Part shown: positions 48,018 through 57,229 of the stretch, in pieces
Position numbering within the stretch: the stretch's first letter is position 1
Layout: each line of letters begins with the position of its first letter
Assembly (NCBI GenBank): GCA_007376265.1
Contig: VMFW01000010.1
Coordinates: 1,945 to 65,944 of the forward strand
Direction: 5' to 3'
Length of the DNA: 64,000 nucleotides
From: Parcubacteria group bacterium Gr01-1014_20
GTDB lineage: Bacteria > Patescibacteriota > Minisyncoccia > UBA6257 > 2-01-FULL-56-20
The notes under the pieces: generated by a model
Database searches by the model: none
What the model saw: the letters and a program-made list of their open reading frames with translations, nothing else
What the model was told of the DNA's origin: nothing
Position numbers and translations under genes: made by a program

Positions 48018-48536
48018 TTAAAGCTGAACGCAGTAAAAAGGAGCGGCGGCGGTATCGGTGCAATCAAGCGTTAGCGGTGCAGCGACGGTATCAACATCGC
48101 CTTGAAGAGCCCGGTTATTTGCATCGTCTAGTTGGGCCCTTAGAACGTACACGGTGCCATCGGACTGATACTGGTATTCACGGCTGGCGTTTGGATCTTC
48201 GGGCATGTTGCTAACACCAAGAGCACTACCGATAATGATGCCACCAAGATCGGCAGCTGCGATAGTGACCGGAAGGGTAACGAGGCCCGCTGCTCGAGCA
48301 CCACAGGCGGGAGTGGCTTGCGCGGCACCGGGATAATAACCACACTTCGTGTAGTAAAGTTCCAGGCCGGTCTGGATTTGCTTAATGTCAGAAATTCTTC
48401 TCGCGTCCCTACCCTGCCTCTGAAGAGGCCCTAAACCGACTAGAACCACCGAAGCTAAAATACCGATAATGGCTACAACGATGAGAATTTCGATAAGCGT
48501 AAAACCTTTTTTGTTATACATTAAATTTTTCAGCAA
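48018..48536 (-). CDS. pilA: type IV pilin (probable major pilin)
   Basis: KKGFTLIEILIVVAIIGILA prepilin leader and alpha1-N; a C-terminal Cys pair. Confidence 0.8.
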   Translation of the reverse strand: MLKNLMYNKKGFTLIEILIVVAIIGILASVVLVGLGPLQRQGRDARRISDIKQIQTGLELYYTKCGYYPGAAQATPACGARAAGLVTLPVTIAAADLGGIIIGSALGVSNMPEDPNASREYQYQSDGTVYVLRAQLDDANNRALQGDVDTVAAPLTLDCTDTAAAPFYCVQL

Positions 48537-48631
48537 TAATCGACCTTTCCGTCCCCCTACCGACTAGGCAAGGGGGTATTGGTTAATTCTATCATAACTC
48601 ATATGACTTCAAGCCTAAATGTGTTGATTAC

Positions 48632-49849
48632 TTAACTACTGCCAAAGGTGGCGGTTAATTTGTAAATTGGGAGAAGAACCGCCGCAAAGAGGAAAGCGAC
48701 CATCACGCCGATACCAATCATTAGGATAGGTTGAATCAAATCGACGACGTTGTTGATAACATTATCCGCTTCTCGGTTATAGAAGGTGGAAATCCTCATG
48801 AACATCTTGTCGAGCTGACCGGTGGACTCCCCCACTACCAACATTTGGGAGACGAGCGGCGGGAAATAGTCGGGATATTTTGAAATGGCCTCGGAAAGCG
48901 GCACGCCTTGACGGATTTCTTCGGCGACCTCACGCAAAATATCCTGGTAGAGAACGTTGTCGATGGTTTGGCTTACGATCTCAATCGATTGAGCGAGCGG
49001 CACGCCGCCTTTTAAAAGGATAGCCGCGGCGTTTGAAAATCGGGTGATCGTAACCGGAACGTGGACTTTGCTCACAATTGGCAAACGAGTTTTGAGTTCG
49101 TCCCAAAAAGCCCGACCCTCCGGGGACTTAACGTAGTCGACAATGATAATGAAAAAAATGCAGACAACGAGAGCGATGGCTGGCCACCAGCGGCCAGCGA
49201 TGTCACCGGAGTTGATCAAAAGTTTTGTGAGAAAGGGCAAATCTGCGCCGCTTTGCTCGAAAACGGGCTTCAGCTGGGGAAAAACCACCGTGACTAAAAT
49301 CGTGGCGACAACAAGAAAAAGACCAATGACGATGGCGGGGTAAATCATGGCGCTCCTGGCTTTGGTTATCAGTAGATCTTCTTTTTCAGTATAGTCGGCG
49401 AGAAAGCCCGCCACTTCGTTTAGGTTGCCGGTAACCTCCGAAGAGCGGACCATGCTAATAAAGAAGTTTGAGAAAACGGCCGGATGCCGTTCAAGGGCTT
49501 GGGAAAAAGCTAAACCAGCGTCGATGTCCTCGGAGATTTGGTAGACGGTTTCTTTGAGTGTAGGCTGGTTGGTTTGGTCGTAGAGGGTTTTGAGGGCGGT
49601 GTTTAATGGTAGGCGCGCTTCAAGGAGCACGGCCAGTTGGCGCGTAAAGATAACCATATCTTTCCGTTTCACACGCTCGAAATAACTGGCCAGTCCTTCA
49701 TACCAGCGACGCTTCTCGGCTGATTCTAGATAAAGGATAAAAAGATCGTGGCTTGCCAAGATGCTCGCGGCGCTGTCTTTATCAATGGCATCGACAAAGC
49801 CAACTTGCATCTCGCCGGTTTTGTTTTTGGCTTGGTATTTATACTTCAT
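48632..49849 (-). CDS. pilC: type IV pilus inner-membrane platform protein (GspF/PilC family)
   Basis: Two GspF repeats and three TM helices; 405 aa. Confidence 0.9.
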   Translation of the reverse strand: MKYKYQAKNKTGEMQVGFVDAIDKDSAASILASHDLFILYLESAEKRRWYEGLASYFERVKRKDMVIFTRQLAVLLEARLPLNTALKTLYDQTNQPTLKETVYQISEDIDAGLAFSQALERHPAVFSNFFISMVRSSEVTGNLNEVAGFLADYTEKEDLLITKARSAMIYPAIVIGLFLVVATILVTVVFPQLKPVFEQSGADLPFLTKLLINSGDIAGRWWPAIALVVCIFFIIIVDYVKSPEGRAFWDELKTRLPIVSKVHVPVTITRFSNAAAILLKGGVPLAQSIEIVSQTIDNVLYQDILREVAEEIRQGVPLSEAISKYPDYFPPLVSQMLVVGESTGQLDKMFMRISTFYNREADNVINNVVDLIQPILMIGIGVMVAFLFAAVLLPIYKLTATFGSS

Positions 49850-49926
49850 GAATCATAAAGCATGAAACTGGGATCGTGGGCTCAAAATGTTGGTGATTCA
49901 TGGTTTAAAATCCATGAACCACGATT

Positions 49927-51000
49927 CTAAATCCTCTCTAATAGAATGCGGAGTTCTGATGGATTTAAAGAATAGGTCTCCGCAGTTTCGAGAGAAATCT
50001 CTTTTCCTTTCACAAGTTTAGCAAGGGAACGGTTTAAGCTGATCATCCCCTCTTGTAGACTGGTTTCGATGACGAGATCAATCTGATAAACCTTTTTCTC
50101 CCGAATTAAGTTTCGGACGGCAGGATTCACAATCATGATTTCAGCGGCTGGCACTCGCCCGCCCCCTAATCTCGGGAGTAGTCGGAGAGAAACGATGGCG
50201 ACGAGGGTGGCAGATAGCTGAGAGATAACTTGGCCTTGTTGTTCCGGAGGAAAGGAGTCAATGATGCGGTCAACAGTTTGAGAGGCGGAATTCGTATGAA
50301 GCGTGGATAAAACCAGGTGGCCAGTTTCTGAAGCGGTCATGGCAGTCGCGATCGAGGCTGAATCACGCATTTCGCCGACCATGAGAACATCGGGGTCTTG
50401 TCGGAGGATGGTTCGGAGACCGGAAGAAAAACTTTCGGTGTCGTTGCCAACTTCACGCTGGGAAATGATGCACTTATCTTGAGTGAAAAGGTATTCGATT
50501 GGATCTTCGACAGTGATGATGTGTTCGTTTCTTGCGTGATTGATCTCGTCTAAAATGGCGGCCATGGTGGTTGATTTCCCGTGACCGGCGGGACCGACAA
50601 TTAAAATGAAACCTTGAGACAACCTCGCGAAATCGTGAAGAATGGGTGGGAGGTTTAACTCTTCGAGGGTGCGGATGCGAGTGGGAATGAGCCGTAGGGC
50701 GGCAGCCATAAACCCTTTTTGGAAGTAGACGTTAACCCTAAACCTAGCTTTGTCTTCAAGGCTGTAGGCAAAATCGAGCTGTTTTTCTTTTAAGAATCTC
50801 TCCTTTTGAGTAGGGGTAAGAAGCGCCATCACTAATCCTTCTGCTTCCTCAGGCGTGATAATGTTTTCTTTCTGGATGGGAACTAGAGAGCCATCAACCC
50901 GGATGATGGGCCTGCGACCGACCCCAATGTGGAGGTCGGAGGCGCTTTGTTTGGCAGTTGTAACGAGAAGATCTTTTAACTTGTCTTGGTAGTTTTCCAC
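49927..51000 (-). CDS. pilT: twitching-motility retraction ATPase
   Basis: Walker A GPAGHGKST plus Asp box and His box; PilT-like size (357 aa). Confidence 0.9.
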   Translation of the reverse strand: MENYQDKLKDLLVTTAKQSASDLHIGVGRRPIIRVDGSLVPIQKENIITPEEAEGLVMALLTPTQKERFLKEKQLDFAYSLEDKARFRVNVYFQKGFMAAALRLIPTRIRTLEELNLPPILHDFARLSQGFILIVGPAGHGKSTTMAAILDEINHARNEHIITVEDPIEYLFTQDKCIISQREVGNDTESFSSGLRTILRQDPDVLMVGEMRDSASIATAMTASETGHLVLSTLHTNSASQTVDRIIDSFPPEQQGQVISQLSATLVAIVSLRLLPRLGGGRVPAAEIMIVNPAVRNLIREKKVYQIDLVIETSLQEGMISLNRSLAKLVKGKEISLETAETYSLNPSELRILLERI

Positions 51001-51056
51001 GAAGTTATAAATGGCTAATTCTTACTAAGTATACGAATTGATTTACTTGAATTGTA

Positions 51057-52781
51057 TCACACTTCCTCGGTCTCGCGGATAACGTCTTCTATCGAAATAA
51101 GACCAGCGAGGGCTTTCAAGATTCCATCTTGCCTCAGGGTTATCATGCCCTGCCGCTTAGACTCCGCGAGAAGTTTTTCGGCATTGGGACCGCTTGTAAC
51201 AATCGAAGCGACGCCGGGGGTCATCTCAAAGACCTCGAAGATGGCCATCCTACCAGTGAAGCCTTTATTTTTACAGCGGGCACAGCCTGGGGCGTGATAG
51301 ATTTTGTAGGGCTCTTTATATTTGGCGCCGAGATCACCAGAGACACCCGTGATGGCGGTCTTGATTATTTTTTGGATAGGAGCAGAAGCCTCTTCCGATT
51401 TTTTGCAATCGTTGCAAAGCAAGGAAACCAGGCGTTGGGCGATCATAAGGTTTACCGCTGATGGCAGGAGGAAGGGCTCGACTTTCATGTCGATTAACCT
51501 CGGTATGACGCCCACGGAATTATTGGTGTGGATGGTAGAGAGGACAATGTGTCCGGTTAGGGCGGCGTGGACAGCCAGGCCAGCCGTTTCGTTGTCGCGG
51601 ATTTCTCCAACCATGATGATGTCGGGGTCTTGGCGCAAAATCTGGCGCAGACCCGAGGCAAAATCGTAGCCGATTTCTGGCCTGACTTGGGATTGGTTGA
51701 CGCCGGTCACAAAATACTCAACTGGGTCTTCGAGGCTCACGATGTTTACGGATTGGTCATTTAAGGTCTGGAGGAGAGAGTATAGAGTAGTGCTTTTTCC
51801 AGAGCCGGTCGGCCCGCTCACGAGAACCATGCCGTAGGGCTTATCGAGACCGGACTTAACGGCGTCAAGATTTCTACCAACGAGGCCAAGTTGGTCGAAA
51901 GTTTTTAGACCCACGGATTGATCTAGGATTCTGATGGCAACTTTTTCGCCAAGGGGGGTGGGGAAAGTGGAGACTCTGAAATCGATGGGACGATCGTTCA
52001 CCTTACTTCGGAAGCGGCCGTCCTGGGGAATACGAGTTTCATCAATTTTTAAATTCGAGATGACTTTAACCCTTGAGATTACGAGTTGAGACATCTCAAC
52101 AGGAAGGCTGGCTGTTTCCGCAAGCTCACCATCAATTCTAAAGCGAATTCTTAGGTAGGTGTCTTGGGGTTCGATGTGAATATCGGAAGCCTTGTTTTCT
52201 ACAGCCTCTTTGATGGTATCAGCAACAATCCGAATGATGGGAGCTTCTTCAGCTCCCCCGGCCGCTTCGTCAAGCCTTACAAACTTTCGCATGCCATCAC
52301 CGGTTTTCAAGTTTAGGGATTGGACGGCGGCTTCGATCTCGCTCTTGAAAGGAGAGTATCTTTTTAAGACAGCTTGCCAGTCGCTGTGGGAGATGAGATA
52401 AATGCCCAAACTTAGGCGATGCCGGCGGGCAATAAATTTAAGCGCTTCCTGAGCTTTCTGATCATCGGGGCTAACCATTCCGACCACAAGCAGGTTGTCG
52501 GTTTTTGAGATGGGGGCGACACCGTAGGTTCTCACGGTTTCCTCGGGAATGATTTCAAGTATTTTTATATCGATCGAATCGGCGTTCAGTTTTTGATAGG
52601 GAATTTTAAGGATTCGGCTCTTAAGTTCGGCGATTTTCACGTCGTCGATCAGCTTTCGTTCGCTAATCAAACCCTCAATTTTCTTGCCTGACAAAAAGGC
52701 TTCTCTTTTTATTTTGGTTAGAGAAACCTCATCGATCAAACCGGCTTTGATCAGTTCAGTTAAAAATTGGTCGTCGGTCAT
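51057..52781 (-). CDS. pilB: type IV pilus assembly ATPase (GspE/PilB family)
   Basis: N-terminal GSPII domain; Walker A GPTGSGKST; a CxxC...CxxC tetracysteine; 574 aa. Confidence 0.9.
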   Translation of the reverse strand: MTDDQFLTELIKAGLIDEVSLTKIKREAFLSGKKIEGLISERKLIDDVKIAELKSRILKIPYQKLNADSIDIKILEIIPEETVRTYGVAPISKTDNLLVVGMVSPDDQKAQEALKFIARRHRLSLGIYLISHSDWQAVLKRYSPFKSEIEAAVQSLNLKTGDGMRKFVRLDEAAGGAEEAPIIRIVADTIKEAVENKASDIHIEPQDTYLRIRFRIDGELAETASLPVEMSQLVISRVKVISNLKIDETRIPQDGRFRSKVNDRPIDFRVSTFPTPLGEKVAIRILDQSVGLKTFDQLGLVGRNLDAVKSGLDKPYGMVLVSGPTGSGKSTTLYSLLQTLNDQSVNIVSLEDPVEYFVTGVNQSQVRPEIGYDFASGLRQILRQDPDIIMVGEIRDNETAGLAVHAALTGHIVLSTIHTNNSVGVIPRLIDMKVEPFLLPSAVNLMIAQRLVSLLCNDCKKSEEASAPIQKIIKTAITGVSGDLGAKYKEPYKIYHAPGCARCKNKGFTGRMAIFEVFEMTPGVASIVTSGPNAEKLLAESKRQGMITLRQDGILKALAGLISIEDVIRETEEV

Positions 52782-52878
52782 TTTGGTTTACAGGTCTAGA
52801 AATATGCCAAAAAATGGGGCTACCTTCTACTCCCCTAAATTATACAACAGTCTAAAACCGATTTATAAATGGAGTCCT

Positions 52879-53169
52879 CTAGAAGGGCAGGAAAGGGTTC
52901 AAGCGACCCGTTCGCGCCTCGGACGGCGGAGTGATGCGGGGCTCGAGGGTGCCGAAGATAGGGTCGTTGTCGATTAACGCTCGGTTCAGCTTGATGGTTG
53001 AAAGTTCTGTGGTATCTTGGAATTCGTTAGGGATGACAAAGTCGACGGTCGCGGGTTTCGTGAAAAAAATGTAATAAGAAGCCGCCACGATCACGCTGAT
53101 GATAACGATCCAAGTGAAAATCGATACAAAGCTTGTCCTCCGTCTTGTTTCTTCGATAACTATAGCCAT
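52879..53169 (-). CDS. hypothetical single-TM protein within the pilus operon
   Basis: 96 aa, one TM helix, position between pilO and pilB. Confidence 0.4.
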   Translation of the reverse strand: MAIVIEETRRRTSFVSIFTWIVIISVIVAASYYIFFTKPATVDFVIPNEFQDTTELSTIKLNRALIDNDPIFGTLEPRITPPSEARTGRLNPFLPF

Positions 53170-53175
53170 TGATTT

Positions 53176-53778
53176 TTATTTATTACTACCCTGATAGTAG
53201 GTAGTGACCTCTACGCTGGCGCTAAAAACGTTAACATTGCTTTTAGCGGCGGGCCGGATGTCGGCTGAACTGATATCGAAGAGACGAATGTTGGTTTCAA
53301 TGTGACCAAGAAAACTTTTGATATCTTCGTAAGTGCCGATGAGCTGGAGGCGAAAAGTGATGGTGCCATAGGGACGAATAAGGCTGGTGCGTTTCGAAGA
53401 ATTCGGATCACCGCCCGAAATTTGCAATTCTTGAGCCTTGGTTTCGGTTACCGAAAAGGATTGAAGAGTTAGACTGTCGAGAGAAACAAGGCCACCTATT
53501 TGGGCGACGGCGCTGTAGATATCTTGATCGCCGGGGAAAGAGGCGGAGACGAGCGTCTGGAAGTCAAGACTATCCTCATACTCGGCAATGAGTTTTTTGA
53601 CTTGGGTGATTGCAGATTGCTGTTTTTCAACGAAATCTCGCCTAGCAAACTCTTCACCTCTCACTACTTGGATGTCTTCGTACTCGGGTTGGGTAAACTG
53701 GAAAAAAACGATAAAAGCCGCCACAACGAGAAAGAGGACCAAGACCATACTGACCAACCTTTTTAAAGACTGTTTCAT
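53176..53778 (-). CDS. pilO: PilO-like pilus assembly protein
   Basis: N-terminal TM helix, a coiled coil and a ferredoxin-like periplasmic domain; operon position after pilM/pilN. Confidence 0.5.
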   Translation of the reverse strand: MKQSLKRLVSMVLVLFLVVAAFIVFFQFTQPEYEDIQVVRGEEFARRDFVEKQQSAITQVKKLIAEYEDSLDFQTLVSASFPGDQDIYSAVAQIGGLVSLDSLTLQSFSVTETKAQELQISGGDPNSSKRTSLIRPYGTITFRLQLIGTYEDIKSFLGHIETNIRLFDISSADIRPAAKSNVNVFSASVEVTTYYQGSNK

Positions 53779-53789
53779 TATTTAGAAAT

Positions 53790-54362
53790 TTATTCGCTCG
53801 GAGGCTCTTCTACCGGCGTAACAATGGATTTGAAATCGACGACAAGGTTTAAATTAAAGCGCCAAAATTTATTTTCCTGCTGAGAGACGCTTGATATTTT
53901 GACTTCTTTAACCTCGGGAATTTTTTCGAATACCAGAAGTTGTTCAGAAACATCTTCGAGGGTTTTTGAAACAGCGTCAACGGAAATTTGATTATTTTTT
54001 TGGTTAATACTCACTCCACCGAATGAGGTATTGATCTGGGTGTTAGCCTCTATCCAAGCAAAAATTGGAGAAAAAACGACGTGTTTACCAAGAAGAGATT
54101 TCAAGTTAACGATCTGGGAGTAGAAGTGGACAAGCTTGGCTTGGTCCGCCGGAGGAACACTTTTTGTAAAAGACGCGATTTGGTTATTGAGGCGACTAAT
54201 TTCGCTTTCTAGGTAGGGGCGGTAGCCAAAAGCGAGTCCCAGATAAACCGCCAGGCTTACGGCGAAAAGGATTGTGCCAAGCATTAAAAGCTGGCCTAAA
54301 GCACCCTGGGTTCTAGCTGGAGAACGAGATAGTTGATCAACGACTTTTTGAGGGAGGGCCAT
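53790..54362 (-). CDS. pilN: PilN-like pilus assembly protein
   Basis: Single TM helix following a short cytoplasmic N-terminus, a coiled coil; immediately downstream of pilM. Confidence 0.5.
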   Translation of the reverse strand: MALPQKVVDQLSRSPARTQGALGQLLMLGTILFAVSLAVYLGLAFGYRPYLESEISRLNNQIASFTKSVPPADQAKLVHFYSQIVNLKSLLGKHVVFSPIFAWIEANTQINTSFGGVSINQKNNQISVDAVSKTLEDVSEQLLVFEKIPEVKEVKISSVSQQENKFWRFNLNLVVDFKSIVTPVEEPPSE

Positions 54363-54452
54363 TTTTAGGTTCTAGATTGTAGGTTATAGGTTCGAGATAC
54401 CACTTATCACTTCCGACCCTAAAACCTAAAAGCTGTAACCCAAAATCTTAGT

Positions 54453-55541
54453 TTACGAAAACTCTCGAAGCGTTAAGCCAAGGGCCACGCTAAAGACAGG
54501 ATTAATCTCACCGAGTAAGGGTTCGATCATTCCTGGATACTCGAATCTTAAGAATGGGGAGGCTTTGACGATGGGAATGCCAAACTCTTTTTCAAAATAA
54601 CCGGTAATGCCAGCTAAGTTCGCCCCGCCGCCACTTAGAATGATTCTTTCAACGCGAGCTGACCCAGGAAATTGGGTTTGATAGTTATACTCCGCCTTCT
54701 TAACCTCACTTATTATAACATCGACATAGGGCAACATTATTGTGGATAATTCGTAATTTGGGCCAGCATTTACGATACCGTGTTCCTTTTTAAGCTCGTC
54801 AGCCCGTAACGGGTTGATATTCAGGCTCGTGGCGAGGGCTTGAGTAAGGGAAGCGCCGGCATAGTCGCTCTGGCTGTTGAATTTTAGCTGGCCTTTATCG
54901 ACGAAAATGATGTTAGTGGAACGGCTGCCGATATCGATAATAATGGTGGGGGTTTTATCCCCGCCAACGAGAGCACGGGCGAGACTTAGGCTTTCGATTT
55001 CTAGGGCTTTTAAGCTCAAACCGGCGCTTTTAAAAATTTGCTGATATTTTTTAATTAGTTCTTGGGGGACAGAAATTAAGAGAACTTGCTCGTATTTGAA
55101 CCCTTTATCATCGGTACGCTCCCCTACTTTCATCCAGTCTAGAGCAACCTCGGAGATGGGCTGGGGAATGTATTGTCGAGCTTGATAGGTTAAACTTTTC
55201 TTAAGTTCACCCTCGGACATTTCTGGGAATTCAAAAACGCTGGTAAAAACCGAAAAAACTGGCAAGGAGGCGAGGACCTCATTCGCACTCGGTTTCATGT
55301 GCTTTAGGGCGACTTTCAGAAGATCGATGACCTCTTCTTCAAATATTTTCATATTCGCGGTCTGGAGGACATCATTTGATCTGACTAGATGACCGCTTGA
55401 CTGTAGGAAGGTGTAGTTAGTCACCATGGGAAGTTGCCGGCCCTGTTTTACTTCAACGAGTTTTATCGAGGTGGTGCCAATATCAATACCCAAGAAGTTC
55501 GGGGAGATCTTCTGGCTTAGCGACTTGAAGGGATTAAACAT
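54453..55541 (-). CDS. pilM: type IV pilus assembly protein PilM (actin-like ATPase fold)
   Basis: LGIDIGTTSIKLVEV phosphate-1 motif and an FtsA/actin-like fold; 362 aa. Confidence 0.85.
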   Translation of the reverse strand: MFNPFKSLSQKISPNFLGIDIGTTSIKLVEVKQGRQLPMVTNYTFLQSSGHLVRSNDVLQTANMKIFEEEVIDLLKVALKHMKPSANEVLASLPVFSVFTSVFEFPEMSEGELKKSLTYQARQYIPQPISEVALDWMKVGERTDDKGFKYEQVLLISVPQELIKKYQQIFKSAGLSLKALEIESLSLARALVGGDKTPTIIIDIGSRSTNIIFVDKGQLKFNSQSDYAGASLTQALATSLNINPLRADELKKEHGIVNAGPNYELSTIMLPYVDVIISEVKKAEYNYQTQFPGSARVERIILSGGGANLAGITGYFEKEFGIPIVKASPFLRFEYPGMIEPLLGEINPVFSVALGLTLREFS

Positions 55542-55595
55542 TTATCCAATAATTATAGCTGATTAGTCGAACTCCTTTAAGTCCAATATATTAGA

Positions 55596-56294
55596 ATGGC
55601 CGATTTCAGTTTTTTCTCTAAATTCTTGTTTCCGGAACTTTGCTTTGGGTGCCGAGCTGACTTGGACGACTCTCGCGTTTTATGCTCGGATTGTTTCGCG
55701 CGAATTGGTAAATTTAGGACGTTGTTTTGCGGGAAATGCCGCGCGCGCCTGCCTCTGGCCAGGAAAATATGCCATCGAGACTTTCCCTACATTCTTGGAG
55801 CGGCGACAAGCTATGGCAACGAGGTCGTAAAGAAGCTGATCTATAGCCTAAAGTTCAAATCTTTAAGTTCGGCGGCGGAACCACTCACCAAAATTTTGTG
55901 CGATTACTCGGAAGGTATTTTTTCTGATATAAATATAAAAAAGTTCACTGTCGTCCCTGTTCCGCTCGCGCCGAGCAGACTCAAAGAGCGTGGTTTTAAC
56001 CAGTCGGAAATTATCGCAGGCGGGCTTGCCAGACATTTTAAACTTGAACTCAACAAAAACGTCTTGATCAGAACGCGGGAAACAAAGCCGCAGAGCGAAC
56101 AGAACCACTTCGAATCGCGGTTTGAAAATGTGAGGGGATGTTTCTTGGCAAAAAAAGAGATGCTCACTGGAACCAAGGGCATAGTTTTGATTGATGATGT
56201 CACAACTTCCGGGGCAACATTTCTCGAGGCCAGCACAGCTTTAAAGGAGGCAGGGGTAAGAAGAATAATCGCTCTCTCGGTTGCTATGGCGTGA
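55596..56294 (+). CDS. comF: ComF family phosphoribosyltransferase-domain competence protein
   Basis: N-terminal double zinc ribbon (CFGC...CSDC...CGKC) and a C-terminal PRTase motif VLIDDVTTSGAT. Confidence 0.75.
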   Translation: MADFSFFSKFLFPELCFGCRADLDDSRVLCSDCFARIGKFRTLFCGKCRARLPLARKICHRDFPYILGAATSYGNEVVKKLIYSLKFKSLSSAAEPLTKILCDYSEGIFSDINIKKFTVVPVPLAPSRLKERGFNQSEIIAGGLARHFKLELNKNVLIRTRETKPQSEQNHFESRFENVRGCFLAKKEMLTGTKGIVLIDDVTTSGATFLEASTALKEAGVRRIIALSVAMA

Positions 56295-56306
56295 GGAGTC
56301 GGTTAA

Positions 56307-56801
56307 GTGGTCTGTGATAGAATTATGGAGATGGAAAACTTCGAGTTAACTTGGCAGGCGCCGGAGTTTGAGTACCGCGAAAAAGGCATAGCTTGGTATT
56401 GGGCCAGCATCGGAGTGGCGGTGGCCCTCCTCGCTCTCGCGGTTTGGCAGAGAAACTTTCTACTGGGAGTTTTTATTGTGCTTGCAGAAATTATGGTGAT
56501 GATTTGGGGTAATCAAGAACCGAGGATGATTGAGTTTCGACTGGACGGAGAGGGGTTGACGGTGGCCAATAGTAAGTCGTATGCTTACGCCGATGTTGAA
56601 AATTTTGCAATAGATAATGATACTAACGAGGAATGGGCAGAGGTAGTATTGAGTTTCAAAAAAAGACTTCGAGCGCCGCTTAAAGTTATTTTTTCACAAG
56701 AGGATCGGGAGGAGGTTAGAACAATTCTTTCTCGTTTTTTGGTTGAGGTGGAGCATGAAAGATCTCTAGTTGATGCGCTTGAGAAGTTTATAAGATTTTA
56801 A
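56307..56801 (+). CDS. hypothetical membrane protein
   Basis: Two TM helices, 164 aa. Confidence 0.45.
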   Translation: MVCDRIMEMENFELTWQAPEFEYREKGIAWYWASIGVAVALLALAVWQRNFLLGVFIVLAEIMVMIWGNQEPRMIEFRLDGEGLTVANSKSYAYADVENFAIDNDTNEEWAEVVLSFKKRLRAPLKVIFSQEDREEVRTILSRFLVEVEHERSLVDALEKFIRF

Positions 56802-56802
56802 T

Positions 56803-56874
56803 GTCCCTGTAGCTCAATGGATAGAGCGTAGCCCTGCGAAGGCTGAGATCGAGGTTCGATTCCTCGTAGGGACA
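56803..56874 (+). tRNA. tRNA-Arg with the unusual genomic anticodon GCG, CCA not encoded
   Basis: GTCCCTG-TA-GCTCAATGGATAGAGC-G-TAGCC-CTGCGAA-GGCTG-AGAT-CGAGGTTCGATTCCTCG-TAGGGAC-A; resembles Arg(ACG) tRNAs but with G34. Confidence 0.7.
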
Positions 56875-56880
56875 CAAGTT

Positions 56881-57036
56881 TTTAAATTTATGCTTAAAAT
56901 CTTTACGAGGAATCGAACAGGGAAAGGGGTCGAGAAAACGAGAGTTTTCCTGTGGCGGAGCTCACGAACCGATGGGTTTGTGGGAGCCTCGAACAAAGCG
57001 AGAGGCGACGTTCGCTTCCTCGTAGGGACACAAGTT
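56881..57036 (+). mobile_element. tRNA-Arg-associated miniature element (copy B), bounded by a 27-nt direct repeat of the tRNA 3' end
   Basis: DR1 GTTCGATTCCTCGTAGGGACACAAGTT sits at 56854-56880 (inside the tRNA) and DR2 GTTCGCTTCCTCGTAGGGACACAAGTT at 57010-57036. Internally there is an antisense T-arm piece (CGAGGAATCGAAC at 56906-18), the conserved block AAAGGGGTCGAGAAAACGAGAGTTTTCC, and GCGAGAGGCGACGTT. Confidence 0.45.
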
Positions 57037-57107
57037 TTCGGGATCCATATTAAACTAACTTGAAAATAGATGAAGCTCTAATGTAATATTAAGCCCAAGT
57101 AAATTCT

Positions 57108-57181
57108 GCGGGTATCGTATAGTGGTAATATGCGACCTTGCCAAGGTCGAGCCAGGGGTCCGATTCCCCTTACCCGCTCCA
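57108..57181 (+). tRNA. tRNA-Gly (anticodon GCC), CCA encoded
   Basis: GCGGGTA...CGACC-TTGCCAA-GGTCG...GGGGTCCGATTCCCC-TACCCGC-T-CCA. Confidence 0.85.
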
Positions 57182-57229
57182 AATTCTGAATAAAAAAACT
57201 AGCGCTTACACGCTAGTTCTAAGTGGCTA

